A stretch of DNA of 44,841 nt from an uncultured Bacteroidales bacterium (GTDB lineage: Bacteria > Bacteroidota > Bacteroidia > Bacteroidales > JALTDM01), in NCBI GenBank assembly GCA_964393715.1, contig CAYMVE010000003.1, positions 1 through 44,841 on the forward strand, in the 5' to 3' direction. Position numbers and translations under genes: made by a program. Numbering within the stretch: the stretch's first letter is position 1; each line of letters starts with the position of its first letter. This document shows, in pieces, positions 9,892 through 18,619 of the stretch. The notes under the pieces are model-generated. The model was not told the DNA's origin. It searched no databases and saw only the letters and a list, made by a program, of their open reading frames with translations.

Positions 9892-10638
9892 ATGAAATTA
9901 TTGGAAGGTAAAGTAGCCATTATTACCGGAGCTTCCAGAGGAATTGGAAAGGCTATTGCAATGACTTTTGCTAAAGAAGGAGCCAATATAGCATTTACTG
10001 ACATCGTAAAAGACGAGAACTTTGAAAATACCGAAAAAGCATTAAACGCATTGGGCATCCAAGCCAAAGGCTATGTATCCGATGCAGGAGACTTTGATGG
10101 CTCTCATAAAACCGTTGAAGAAATTTTGAAAGATTTTGGGAAAATTGATATACTCGTAAATAATGCTGGCATCACCAGAGACAATCTGCTGCTTAGGATG
10201 ACCGAAGATCAATGGGACTTGGTCATAAAAGTCAATCTCAAATCCGTTTTTAACATGACCAAAGCTGTATTGCGTACCATGATGAAGCAACGAGCCGGCT
10301 CCATTATCAACATCAGCTCGGTAGTAGGTGTTTCCGGTAATGCCGGTCAAGCCAATTACTCCGCATCCAAAGCCGGCATCATTGGATTTACCAAATCGGT
10401 AGCCAAAGAATTGGGTTCACGCAATATCAGGAGTAATGCCATTGCGCCCGGATTTATCATGACCGATATGACCAAACAACTTCCGGAAGAAGTAAAATCC
10501 GGCTGGTACGAAAAAATACCTCTCGGACGCGGCGGAGAACCGGAAGAAGTAGCCAAAGTAGCCGTGTTCTTGGCTTCCGATCTGGCCTCCTATGTAACCG
10601 GTCAAGTAATTAGCGTATGTGGCGGAATGCAAACCTAA
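9892..10638 (+). CDS. fabG: 3-oxoacyl-[ACP] reductase
   Basis: SDR motifs TGASRGIGKAIA, NNAG and YSASKAG. The 248-aa length and the C-terminal GQVISVCGGM are typical of FabG. Confidence 0.92.
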   Translation: MKLLEGKVAIITGASRGIGKAIAMTFAKEGANIAFTDIVKDENFENTEKALNALGIQAKGYVSDAGDFDGSHKTVEEILKDFGKIDILVNNAGITRDNLLLRMTEDQWDLVIKVNLKSVFNMTKAVLRTMMKQRAGSIINISSVVGVSGNAGQANYSASKAGIIGFTKSVAKELGSRNIRSNAIAPGFIMTDMTKQLPEEVKSGWYEKIPLGRGGEPEEVAKVAVFLASDLASYVTGQVISVCGGMQT

Positions 10639-10656
10639 CCTCAAAACAATTGAAAA

Positions 10657-11322
10657 ATGAAAGATAATTTAGGACCTATAGGCCGTTTAATGGGCTTAAG
10701 ATACAAAGCCCACCCGTGGCATGGAATCGATATAGGAAACGAAGCTCCTCATATCGTAACTTGTTATATAGAAGTAGTACCGACAGATACGGTAAAATAC
10801 GAAGTGGATAAAGCTTCCGGTTTCCTGAAAATAGACCGACCACAAAAATTTTCCAACACCGTTCCGGCTTTGTACGGCTTTATACCACAAACTTTTTGCG
10901 GAAGAAAAATGGCCGACTTCTCCGCATCAAAAGCAGGCAAAAAGGATATTAAAGGAGACGGAGACCCCTTGGATATTTGCGTACTTACAGAAAAAGAAAT
11001 CACGCATGGCGATATCTTGGTAAAAGCCAAACCGATAGGTGGACTGAGAATGTTTGACAAAAACGAAGCCGACGATAAAATCATAGCAGTATTAAAAAAC
11101 GACGCTGTTTACGGAGGCTTTAACGACATAAGCGATTTGCCGGAAGGAGTGGTAAACCGGTTGAAACACTATTTTTTAACCTATAAAATGTTGCCCGGTG
11201 AACCGCCAACTTCCGAAATCACCCATGTTTACGGCGTAAAGGACGCATTAAAAGTCATCGAATTGTCCATTGATGATTACAACGACAAATTCGAAAGTTT
11301 GAACGATATTACAAAATTTTAA
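10657..11322 (+). CDS. ppa: Inorganic diphosphatase (family I)
   Basis: Family I PPase signatures YEVDKASG and GDGDPLDICVL, plus DDKIIAV. Confidence 0.88.
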   Translation: MKDNLGPIGRLMGLRYKAHPWHGIDIGNEAPHIVTCYIEVVPTDTVKYEVDKASGFLKIDRPQKFSNTVPALYGFIPQTFCGRKMADFSASKAGKKDIKGDGDPLDICVLTEKEITHGDILVKAKPIGGLRMFDKNEADDKIIAVLKNDAVYGGFNDISDLPEGVVNRLKHYFLTYKMLPGEPPTSEITHVYGVKDALKVIELSIDDYNDKFESLNDITKF

Positions 11323-11361
11323 TTTTTTTAAACAAAAATATTTACTAATCAAAAAAAGCAT

Positions 11362-11369
11362 TATCTTTG
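11362..11369 (+). promoter_or_regulatory. Candidate -7 promoter box (TAtcTTTG) for tRNA-Gln
   Basis: TATCTTTG ends 22 nt upstream of the tRNA 5' end. tRNA-Asp has an identical box at a similar spacing. Confidence 0.55.
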
Positions 11370-11391
11370 CAAGCGCATTTTTAATGTTCAT

Positions 11392-11464
11392 TGACCGGTG
11401 GTGTAACAGGCAACACGTCTGATTTTGGTTCAGAAGAGTCCAGGTTCGAGTCCTGGCCGGTCAG
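11392..11464 (+). tRNA. tRNA-Gln: tRNA-Gln (anticodon TTG)
   Basis: Hand-folded cloverleaf. Acceptor TGACCGG/CCGGTCA, anticodon stem TCTGA/TCAGA with loop TTTTGGT, T-arm CCAGG-TTCGAGT-CCTGG. 73 nt, no encoded CCA. Confidence 0.9.
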
Positions 11465-11467
11465 CAG

Positions 11468-11503
11468 CCGCAGCGGGATTAGGTTTCTTGCTGCGGTTTT
11501 TTT
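11468..11503 (+). terminator. Rho-independent terminator after tRNA-Gln
   Basis: ccgcagc (11468-11474) pairs with gctgcgg (11490-11496) and is followed by TTTTTTT. Confidence 0.7.
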
Positions 11504-11534
11504 GTATGCATTTTCTCATATTGCCCAAAGTGAT

Positions 11535-11542
11535 TAACTTTG
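11535..11542 (+). promoter_or_regulatory. Candidate -7 promoter box (TAacTTTG)
   Basis: TAACTTTG lies 36 nt upstream of the fabI ATG. Confidence 0.45.
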
Positions 11543-11577
11543 TGCCGTATTTTTATTAACTGCAAAAAACAACAATT

Positions 11578-12378
11578 ATGGGAAACAACATTCTTAAAGG
11601 CAAAAAAGGAATTATTTTCGGAGCCTTAGACGACAAATCCATCGCATGGAAAGTAGCCGAAAAAGCCTATGACGAAGGTGCTCAATTCGTCTTGACCAAT
11701 GTACCCACCGCCGAAAGATTCGGCAAAGTAAAAGAACTTGCACAAAAAACTAATGCAGAGTTTATTGCAGCAGATGCCACCAAACCGGAAGATTTGGAAG
11801 CCTTGTTCTCTAAATCTATGGAAATTCTTGGCGGAAAAATAGATTTCGTACTTCATTCTATCGGTATGTCCATGAACATAAGAAAAGGTTTGCAATACCA
11901 TGAGTTAAATTATAACTTTTACATGAAAACCCTTGATGTATCAGCCATATCTTTCCACAAGATTATGCAAACCGCATATAAGTTGGATGCCATGAACGAA
12001 TGGGGTTCTATCGTAGCACTTACCTACATCGCCGCACAAAGAACCTTCTACGGATATAACGACATGGCCGATGCCAAAGCATTGCTGGAATCCATAGCAA
12101 GAAGTTTCGGATACATATTTGGAAAAGAGAAAAAAGTAAGAGTAAATACCGTATCTCAAAGTCCCGTCAGAACCACCGCAGGTCAAGGCATCAAACAATT
12201 CGGTTCCTTGTTTGACTATGCAGAAAAAATGTCTCCTCTGGGGAATGCAGACGGCGAAGATGCCGCCAACCTGATTGTAATGTTATTCTCCGATTATACC
12301 AAGAGAATCACCATGCAAAATCTATACAACGACGGCGGCTTCTCATCAATGGGAGTAAGCGAAGAATTTATTGACTAA
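11578..12378 (+). CDS. fabI: Enoyl-[ACP] reductase (NADH)
   Basis: N-terminal LKGKKGIIFGALDDKSIAW, a Y-x6-K catalytic pair (YGYNDMADAK), and the overall FabI length and layout. Confidence 0.88.
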   Translation: MGNNILKGKKGIIFGALDDKSIAWKVAEKAYDEGAQFVLTNVPTAERFGKVKELAQKTNAEFIAADATKPEDLEALFSKSMEILGGKIDFVLHSIGMSMNIRKGLQYHELNYNFYMKTLDVSAISFHKIMQTAYKLDAMNEWGSIVALTYIAAQRTFYGYNDMADAKALLESIARSFGYIFGKEKKVRVNTVSQSPVRTTAGQGIKQFGSLFDYAEKMSPLGNADGEDAANLIVMLFSDYTKRITMQNLYNDGGFSSMGVSEEFID

Positions 12379-12391
12379 AAAAAGAAAGGCT

Positions 12392-12862
12392 ATGGGGAAA
12401 ACAACCTACTTGACAAGAGACGGATACAATAAATTGAAAAAAGAACTGGAAAAACTTTTGGAAGAAAGACCTTTGATAGCCAAACAAATAGCCGAAGCAA
12501 GAGACAAAGGCGATTTGTCCGAAAATGCAGAGTACGATGCGGCAAAAGAAGCACAAGGAATGCTGGAAATGAAAATAGCCAAATTGCAAGAAACCTTGAG
12601 CAATGCCCAAATCATAGACGAATCGCAAATGGACACCTCAAAAGTCCAAATGCTGACTACCGTCAAACTCAAAAACTTAAAAAACGGAGCCGTTATAGCA
12701 TACACCATAGTAAGCGAAAACGAATCGAACCTAAAAGAAGGGAAAATCGCCGTAAACACTCCTATTGCCAAAGGATTGTTAGGTAAAAAAGTCGGCGAAA
12801 AAGTAAAAATTCAGGTCCCCTCAGGCACATTGGAATTTGAAATACTGGATATAACTTTGTAA
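12392..12862 (+). CDS. greA: Transcription elongation factor GreA
   Basis: LTRDGYNKLKKELEKL and DLSENAEYDAAKEAQ coiled-coil motifs, with a C-terminal FKBP-like domain. I prefer the ATG at 12392 to the TTG at 12371 in the ORF track, because the TTG overlaps the fabI stop. Confidence 0.9.
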   Translation: MGKTTYLTRDGYNKLKKELEKLLEERPLIAKQIAEARDKGDLSENAEYDAAKEAQGMLEMKIAKLQETLSNAQIIDESQMDTSKVQMLTTVKLKNLKNGAVIAYTIVSENESNLKEGKIAVNTPIAKGLLGKKVGEKVKIQVPSGTLEFEILDITL

Positions 12863-12865
12863 AAT

Positions 12866-13273
12866 ATGGCAAGCATTTTCAGCAAGATAGTAAAAGGGGA
12901 AATTCCTGCATACAAAGTGGCCGAAAACGAAGATTTTTTGGCTTTTCTAGACATATTCCCCTTGGCAAAAGGTCATACGCTGGTTATTCCTAAAAAAGAA
13001 ATAGATTATATTTTCGACATTGAAGACTCCATGCTCGGTAATTACATGGTATTTGCCAAAAAAGTGGCTAAAGCCATTGAAGCAGTAATACCTTGCGAAA
13101 GAATTGGAGTGGCTGTGGTTGGATTGGAAGTGCCGCATTCACATATCCATTTAATCCCCATAAACAATGTGGATGACATTAATTTTGCCAAACCCAAACT
13201 AAAACTTGAAGACAAGGAATTTGAAGAAATTGCCACTAAAATAAAAAACAAATTTAGAGAAATGTACGGATAA
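12866..13273 (+). CDS. HIT (histidine triad) family hydrolase
   Basis: Histidine triad HSHIHLIP, and the N-terminal IFSKIVKGEIP typical of Hint-like proteins. Confidence 0.9.
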   Translation: MASIFSKIVKGEIPAYKVAENEDFLAFLDIFPLAKGHTLVIPKKEIDYIFDIEDSMLGNYMVFAKKVAKAIEAVIPCERIGVAVVGLEVPHSHIHLIPINNVDDINFAKPKLKLEDKEFEEIATKIKNKFREMYG

Positions 13274-13277
13274 ATAA

Positions 13278-13307
13278 AAAGGCTGCTCCCAATAATGCAG
13301 CCTTTTT
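13278..13307. terminator. Rho-independent hairpin between convergent genes
   Basis: ggctgc (13281-13286) pairs with gcagcc (13297-13302) and is followed by TTTTT. It lies between the HIT stop and the stop of the minus-strand cluster at 13361. Confidence 0.65.
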
Positions 13308-13360
13308 ATCATACATTCGTTTCATAAATCTTATCCCAAAATTTAGACGCTAATCGATTA

Positions 13361-15076
13361 TTATTTCTTTTGCAGCGAAACCTTCTCTAACAATTTCCTC
13401 ACCATCTCTTCGGGCGTGCAGGTTTCCACATCACACACCACATAATTAAACCCGGTAAAAGTACTCATCACCCGTTCCAGCATCCTTTTACGAACCGTCC
13501 ATATCATAGGTTTTCCCGGCTTAGACCATCGGGCATCCAATACCTCAAACCACCCCTTCCCCTTCAATTCAGCCGGACCTATTTCATCCACAACTACCAC
13601 ACAATCCCTATCTAAACATCTTTTCAACACACGCTGTCCCAACTCTACAGCCTGTTTTTTGAAATAAAACCGTCCCACCTTAAAATCATTCCCGGATTTG
13701 TTTTTATCACATAACAAAATTTTCTCCAGGCTTCTCAAATCAACCAGATAAAATCCTGCCCGTTCACCTCCCTCGTCAAATCCTTCGGAGAGAACACCAC
13801 AAGTGCAAATACCGTCCCGATTTAGCAATCCGATAACAGACTGTAAAAAAGTGGTCTTACCGGCATGTCTTCCTCCCGTAATAATAAACACAACACCTGT
13901 TTCCAGATATTTTCTCTTGAAACTTTCAAATATTTGATCGGACAAACCAAGTGCTTTCTTATAAACTTCCAAGGGATTCCATAAAATACGCTTATCCGTT
14001 ATATTTTTAGAAATATAAGGCAAAATACTTACCGCCATATCTACCGTATAATATAATCCTGCCGCTCCACGACTGACTAAAAACACTTTTACAATCGGAT
14101 TTTTCAATTCAATAGCCAATCCGGAAAAAGCGGTAACCAACACCAGAGCACGCATAACAATACGAAAGGCTACCACAAAATTCTCCATATGTATTCCGGA
14201 AACAGCACCAACCCCACCCCAAAAAAACAAAGTAAGAATAAATACCAAAAACAATTGAAACCAAAATACGAGTTTTAAAATCCTACGCAACCGCTTGCCA
14301 TAACGAAAATAAACGGATACCACATATAGAATCGAAAACAGAATGGAAAAATGGAAATAACGATAATACATCATACCCATAATGATAATCAAAGCAATAA
14401 CATGATAAAAGAGCCATCCCGTATGATAACGAAAGCCGGACAAATCAAACAAAGATGCTTGCATTTGCCAAGAAACCTCATCCGGCAAGTTTTCTGTTCT
14501 TACGGAAAGGCCCAACTTATAACCTATTACTCCACTCGTAATTCCCAGTATGGCATACACGGCCAAAACCAACAAAATCAGAGTATTCAAAGGCAAGGAT
14601 ATGCCGGACATTTTTTGTAGAAAAATATAAAAGTTTTCCAACACATTAATTACATCAAAACCATATATGATTAAGATGCTGGCTACTTTATGTATAATAG
14701 CCGCATACATCGAAAAAATACCGGCAAACACAAAACTCCACAAATTTCTCCCCAACCCATTAATAACCATCTGAAAAATAGCACCTTCCAACAGAATACC
14801 TATCATAGGACCCAAGATAACGGAAGTCGGTGTCATACTTCTTATCAATGCACAAATTACGGCGGCTTTGACAAACAAACGCTTTCCCGGCCAACGCACG
14901 GCAAAAGAAGACAATAAAACAATACCCCAAAAAGTAAGAAAAGATCCGGCAAAAGGCAGGCGCAAATTGTGAAAAAAATACCCGAACATGACTTCAAAAG
15001 CCGCCCAAATACTTCCCATCGCCGCCGCCCTGAGCCATTCTTCTTCGTTTGCCGTTATTTTCACTCTTTTATCCAT
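13361..15076 (-). CDS. Fusion protein: polytopic membrane domain (~390 aa) + THEP1/DUF2478-like P-loop NTPase (~175 aa)
   Basis: The N-terminal part has about 10 hydrophobic spans. The C-terminal part has Walker A (ITGGRHAGKTTF) and Walker B (VVVVDEIGPAEL) motifs like the NTPase_1/THEP1 family. Its start overlaps the mobA stop by 16 nt. Confidence 0.7.
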   Translation of the reverse strand: MDKRVKITANEEEWLRAAAMGSIWAAFEVMFGYFFHNLRLPFAGSFLTFWGIVLLSSFAVRWPGKRLFVKAAVICALIRSMTPTSVILGPMIGILLEGAIFQMVINGLGRNLWSFVFAGIFSMYAAIIHKVASILIIYGFDVINVLENFYIFLQKMSGISLPLNTLILLVLAVYAILGITSGVIGYKLGLSVRTENLPDEVSWQMQASLFDLSGFRYHTGWLFYHVIALIIIMGMMYYRYFHFSILFSILYVVSVYFRYGKRLRRILKLVFWFQLFLVFILTLFFWGGVGAVSGIHMENFVVAFRIVMRALVLVTAFSGLAIELKNPIVKVFLVSRGAAGLYYTVDMAVSILPYISKNITDKRILWNPLEVYKKALGLSDQIFESFKRKYLETGVVFIITGGRHAGKTTFLQSVIGLLNRDGICTCGVLSEGFDEGGERAGFYLVDLRSLEKILLCDKNKSGNDFKVGRFYFKKQAVELGQRVLKRCLDRDCVVVVDEIGPAELKGKGWFEVLDARWSKPGKPMIWTVRKRMLERVMSTFTGFNYVVCDVETCTPEEMVRKLLEKVSLQKK

Positions 15077-15639
15077 AAGTTCAACTCATCCGGCGTATTT
15101 ATGTTAGCAAATTCCTGTTCGGAAAAACGAAAACTTACATCCGCATAATTGGTACTGACACTGTCGAGCAAATCTTTGACTTTCAATTTATCCTCCTCTA
15201 AGCATTGTAACAATACTTCTTTTATAGAGTTCGAAAAAACCCCTAACAATGGATGTAATTTATTCTTGAATACCGGAACAGTAATGTCGTAATCTTCACT
15301 ATGACGACTTATCAGAAACTTTATCAGGTCTTTGCTTACCAAAGGCAAATCTACCGGCAATACAAAATAATAAGAATAGTCAGCTTGTTTCATTACCGAA
15401 AATATTCCGGCAAGTGGCCCCTTACCAGGAAACACATCGGGCACAACAATAGCATCAAAATCAGCCACATCCGACCGGCTACCACTAATAAACACTTCAC
15501 TTGTAAGTTCTGTCAAACTTGAAACGGCTTTTTCCAAAAAAGTCTGGGTGCCAACTTTCAAAAAAGCCTTGTCCGTCCCCATTCTTCTGCTCATCCCACC
15601 GGCTAACACGATACCAGCTATTTTATCCTTTGTTACCAT
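15061..15639 (-). CDS. mobA: Molybdenum cofactor guanylyltransferase
   Basis: LAGGMSRRMGTDKAFL signature and 192-aa length. There is a 3-nt gap to tatC. Confidence 0.88.
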   Translation of the reverse strand: MVTKDKIAGIVLAGGMSRRMGTDKAFLKVGTQTFLEKAVSSLTELTSEVFISGSRSDVADFDAIVVPDVFPGKGPLAGIFSVMKQADYSYYFVLPVDLPLVSKDLIKFLISRHSEDYDITVPVFKNKLHPLLGVFSNSIKEVLLQCLEEDKLKVKDLLDSVSTNYADVSFRFSEQEFANINTPDELNLWIKE

Positions 15640-15642
15640 AAC

Positions 15643-16479
15643 CTATAAAGTAACCACTTTCTTTTTCATGGCTCGCTTAGACACCGAAATGCTTAACTCG
15701 TACAGAAGCAACAAAGGCAAAGCCACCAATATCTGACTAAAAGCATCCGGAGGCGTAATAATAGCCGCCACAACAAAAGCCATAACAATCGCCATTTTTC
15801 GCTGTTTTTTCAACCAGTCGGGATAAAGGAGACCTATCTTGGTAAGAAAATAAATTAAAACAGGTAGTTCAAACACCAAACCGGTAGAAAAAGACAAAGT
15901 AAGAATAATAGACAAATAAGACTGAAAACTTATTTGGTTGATCAGCTGCGGACTCACCTGATAAGTCGTTAAAAAGTTAATTGTTAGCGGCACTATCAAA
16001 TAATATCCGAAAAGCACTCCTACGGCAAACAAAAGTGAAATAGCCAAAAGCGTCCAACCGATTGCAACCCGTTCTTTGATTTTGAGGGCCGGCTTAAAAA
16101 ATCGCCATAGTTCCCACACCAAATACGGGAACGCTATCATCAAGCCTATAATAAATGAAACTAACAAATGTGCTTTGAACTGCCCGGCAATATCAATATT
16201 GATAATGGTAAAACTGTTTTGATTGATACAAAGTGCATTGGTTCCCAGAATATGCCCGAAAGCACACAACAACTTGTTGGTTAAAAAATCGGCATTTTTA
16301 GGCGCTAATATTATTTTATCAAAAATGAAATCTTTGAAAAAAAAAGCAATAATGGCAATGAAAATAACGGCAAGCACCCCTCTGATAATATGACCTCTTA
16401 ATTCGTCGAGATGTTCGACGAAAGTCATTTCTCTGTCTTTATCGGGACGTTTGTCGGTAGCATTTACATACTCAGCCAT
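15643..16479 (-). CDS. tatC: Twin-arginine translocase subunit TatC
   Basis: FVEHLDELRGHIIR N-terminal motif, six hydrophobic spans, 278 aa. Confidence 0.9.
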   Translation of the reverse strand: MAEYVNATDKRPDKDREMTFVEHLDELRGHIIRGVLAVIFIAIIAFFFKDFIFDKIILAPKNADFLTNKLLCAFGHILGTNALCINQNSFTIINIDIAGQFKAHLLVSFIIGLMIAFPYLVWELWRFFKPALKIKERVAIGWTLLAISLLFAVGVLFGYYLIVPLTINFLTTYQVSPQLINQISFQSYLSIILTLSFSTGLVFELPVLIYFLTKIGLLYPDWLKKQRKMAIVMAFVVAAIITPPDAFSQILVALPLLLLYELSISVSKRAMKKKVVTL

Positions 16480-16485
16480 TTACAT

Positions 16486-16695
16486 CTACTTATCTTTGCC
16501 GCTCTTGTCAGACTTTTCCTTTGATTCGTCCTCACCTATACCGTTCATACCATCCTTAAATTCCTTTACACCTCGTCCCAAACCTCGCATTAGTTCGGGA
16601 ATCTTACGCCCACCGAAAAGTACCAAAATAATGAGGGCTATAATCACTACTTCTTGCCCTCCGAATATCCCTAAAAAAATATGATTTTCTATCAT
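16486..16695 (-). CDS. tatA: Twin-arginine translocase subunit TatA/E
   Basis: TM helix followed by the hinge and amphipathic helix (VVIIALIILVLFGGRKIPELMRGLGRGVKEFK). I prefer the start at Met-9 of the track ORF (16695); the alternative start is 16719. Confidence 0.85.
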   Translation of the reverse strand: MIENHIFLGIFGGQEVVIIALIILVLFGGRKIPELMRGLGRGVKEFKDGMNGIGEDESKEKSDKSGKDK

Positions 16696-16766
16696 CTCTT
16701 TATTATTTAATTGGCACAAATGTATAAAAATAAATCAACCGATATTTCGGTTATGCTCACAATCAA

Positions 16767-16811
16767 CTACTCGCAACCACCACCACCTTCTTGTTTTTTC
16801 TTACGCTTTAC
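16767..16811 (-). repeat. Tail-coding repeat copy A (stop + 14 codons)
   Basis: Plus-strand sequence is ctactcgcaaccaccaccaccttcttgttttttcttacgctttac. It has 5 mismatches to copy B over 45 nt. Confidence 0.9.
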
Positions 16812-17909
16812 AATAGGTTTTATCGGTTTGACTGGCGTAGATGCTCCCGTGACTTTCACAGATCCGGCAACCACTTTCTTTTCGGTACGTTTGTCTCCTT
16901 TTATGTAAGGAAAATCTCTTGCCACAACATTAACATCGGTAACAGCTGCTCCCGGAAAGAATTTAGACAAATAAGCATTCATAAACGAATTAGCTCCATA
17001 TAGAATAAATTTGGCATGATAACCTAAAAGTCGCAAATAAGCCGAAATAGCAGCGGCGTGATGTCCGGTATTACAATACACCACAATATTCTTGTAAGTC
17101 GGCAATGTATTCAGATATTTATCAACAGTCAAATCTACTCGCGGTTGGTATCTTACACTTCCGGGAATATGCCCGATTCTATATTTTCCTTCGGTCCAAT
17201 AGGCTACCACATATTGCATAGAATCTTTGCCAAAAGCTTGTTCCACAGAGGCAATCAGTTCCGTATCTCTTAGAGATATGGCTTGTTGCACTTGTGTTTC
17301 CAACAATTTTTCTATGGGTAATTCGGGTAAAAGTGGGAAACTAAAAGCTGTATCCGGAATAGCAACGGAAACCGTATCCAGCCTATCAGCATATTTATTG
17401 GACAAATAAGGTTTTATGTATTTAGCAAAGTCCTTGTTCCATGCCGCCATTCCAAATTTTAATCCGAAAGCATTATCATATCCATAAAATCGCAAAACAG
17501 AAGCGATATAAGTACTCACTGGCCCATAGGTATCAATAATTATAATTTTCTTATAAAAAGCCGGATTAACTTGAGTGCGTAAAAAATTCAGCAAATCCTT
17601 TCTATCTACATTCCAAGCTCCGTCAATATGACCTTCTTCATATTGTTTTTTAGGTCTTATGTCTATCAACAAATAATCGGATAAATTATAGGCTATTTCG
17701 TCTGCATGAATGATAGGAGGATATATTTTTTTAGTGATGATATTGCCACTTTTTACCACAAAATCTTCAAGTGTTAAATTTTTATTTTTAGCTACTAATG
17801 AATCCAGCGAAAGAGATTGCTTGGGAGTTATTTTGTGGTTATAATTACATCCCCCCAATACAAAACTCCCTGCCAACAATATGATAACAAACAACTTACC
17901 TTTTTTCAT
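16767..17909 (-). CDS. Lipoprotein with tandem rhodanese domains and C-terminal KRKKKQEGGGGCE tail
   Basis: Lipobox (LAGSFVLGGC). Domain 1 has Asp at the catalytic position (IIIIDTYGPVS). Domain 2 keeps the catalytic Cys (VVYCNTGHHAA). A Gly/Ser/Pro/Val-rich linker leads to the terminal KRKKKQEGGGGCE. Confidence 0.85.
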   Translation of the reverse strand: MKKGKLFVIILLAGSFVLGGCNYNHKITPKQSLSLDSLVAKNKNLTLEDFVVKSGNIITKKIYPPIIHADEIAYNLSDYLLIDIRPKKQYEEGHIDGAWNVDRKDLLNFLRTQVNPAFYKKIIIIDTYGPVSTYIASVLRFYGYDNAFGLKFGMAAWNKDFAKYIKPYLSNKYADRLDTVSVAIPDTAFSFPLLPELPIEKLLETQVQQAISLRDTELIASVEQAFGKDSMQYVVAYWTEGKYRIGHIPGSVRYQPRVDLTVDKYLNTLPTYKNIVVYCNTGHHAAAISAYLRLLGYHAKFILYGANSFMNAYLSKFFPGAAVTDVNVVARDFPYIKGDKRTEKKVVAGSVKVTGASTPVKPIKPIVKRKKKQEGGGGCE

Positions 17910-17934
17910 AATTACTATTTTTTATTGTAAAAAA

Positions 17935-17979
17935 CTATTCACAACCACCGCCACCTTCTTGTTTTTTCTTGCGTTTTAC
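17935..17979 (-). repeat. Tail-coding repeat copy B
   Basis: Plus-strand sequence is ctattcacaaccaccgccaccttcttgttttttcttgcgttttac. It has 2 mismatches to copy C over 45 nt. Confidence 0.9.
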
Positions 17980-18555
17980 CACTTTGATTTGAGGTTTTGC
18001 CACAGTGGTACCAGCTACACTACCACTCGACGATCCTCCTGTTTCGGATATTACCTTCGCATAATCATATTGGGCAACCTCGTCATCATACGGAATACTG
18101 TATATGCCAAAATTCTCCATAATGTGTTCTCTAATGTATTCATAACCGCCAAGTGCGGGTATATTATTAGCATAACCGTAATGTCGGAGCATCATGGCAG
18201 CCGTTCTGGCTTGAGCGGCATCTTCTCCGTAAATAATATTAATGTCGTGTGCAGAATTTAAAAGCGATACATATTTTTCCTCATAAAGCCTTTTCAGAGG
18301 AATATTAATAGCATGAGGCAAATGTCCCTGTGCAAACCTGTGTGGACTACGCACATCCACAAAACGGAAATTCACCGTATCTTCCGAAAATAAAATCATT
18401 GATAGTTTCATTACATCTACCGGCTTCACATCAAAAGACTTTACATAAGCGATCTTGTCCGGATAATCCCCTTTAGGAGAACGGTCCGTTTTACATCCCG
18501 TAACCAGTACAATACTTATTGATAATAAAAAACTCATCCAAATTATCTTTTTCAT
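17935..18555 (-). CDS. Lipoprotein with single catalytically degenerate rhodanese domain and C-terminal KRKKKQEGGGGCE tail
   Basis: I prefer the start at MKKIIWMSFLLSISIVLVTGC (lipobox). The rhodanese fold is present (VDVRSPHRFAQGHLPHAINIP), but the loop Cys is replaced by Gly (NIIYGEDAAQA). A GGSSSGSVAGTT linker leads to the terminal KRKKKQEGGGGCE. Confidence 0.82.
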   Translation of the reverse strand: MKKIIWMSFLLSISIVLVTGCKTDRSPKGDYPDKIAYVKSFDVKPVDVMKLSMILFSEDTVNFRFVDVRSPHRFAQGHLPHAINIPLKRLYEEKYVSLLNSAHDINIIYGEDAAQARTAAMMLRHYGYANNIPALGGYEYIREHIMENFGIYSIPYDDEVAQYDYAKVISETGGSSSGSVAGTTVAKPQIKVVKRKKKQEGGGGCE

Positions 18556-18574
18556 AACCTTATTTTTTGAAAAA

Positions 18575-18619
18575 TTATTCACAACCGCCGCCACCTTCTT
18601 GTTTTTTCTTGCGTTTTAC
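18575..18619 (-). repeat. Tail-coding repeat copy C
   Basis: Plus-strand sequence is ttattcacaaccgccgccaccttcttgttttttcttgcgttttac. Confidence 0.9.

Noticed and set aside
12371-12391. TTG start for greA overlapping the fabI stop
   Set aside because: The ATG at 12392 gives a GreA N-terminus of canonical length (MGKTTYLTRDGY...). The 7 extra Lys/Arg-rich residues are unsupported.
18556-18594. Extended N-terminus (MAAVVNNFSKNKV) of the middle rhodanese gene overlapping the upstream gene by 20 nt
   Set aside because: The internal Met gives a canonical lipoprotein signal peptide (MKKIIWMSFLLSISIVLVTGC) and removes the overlap.
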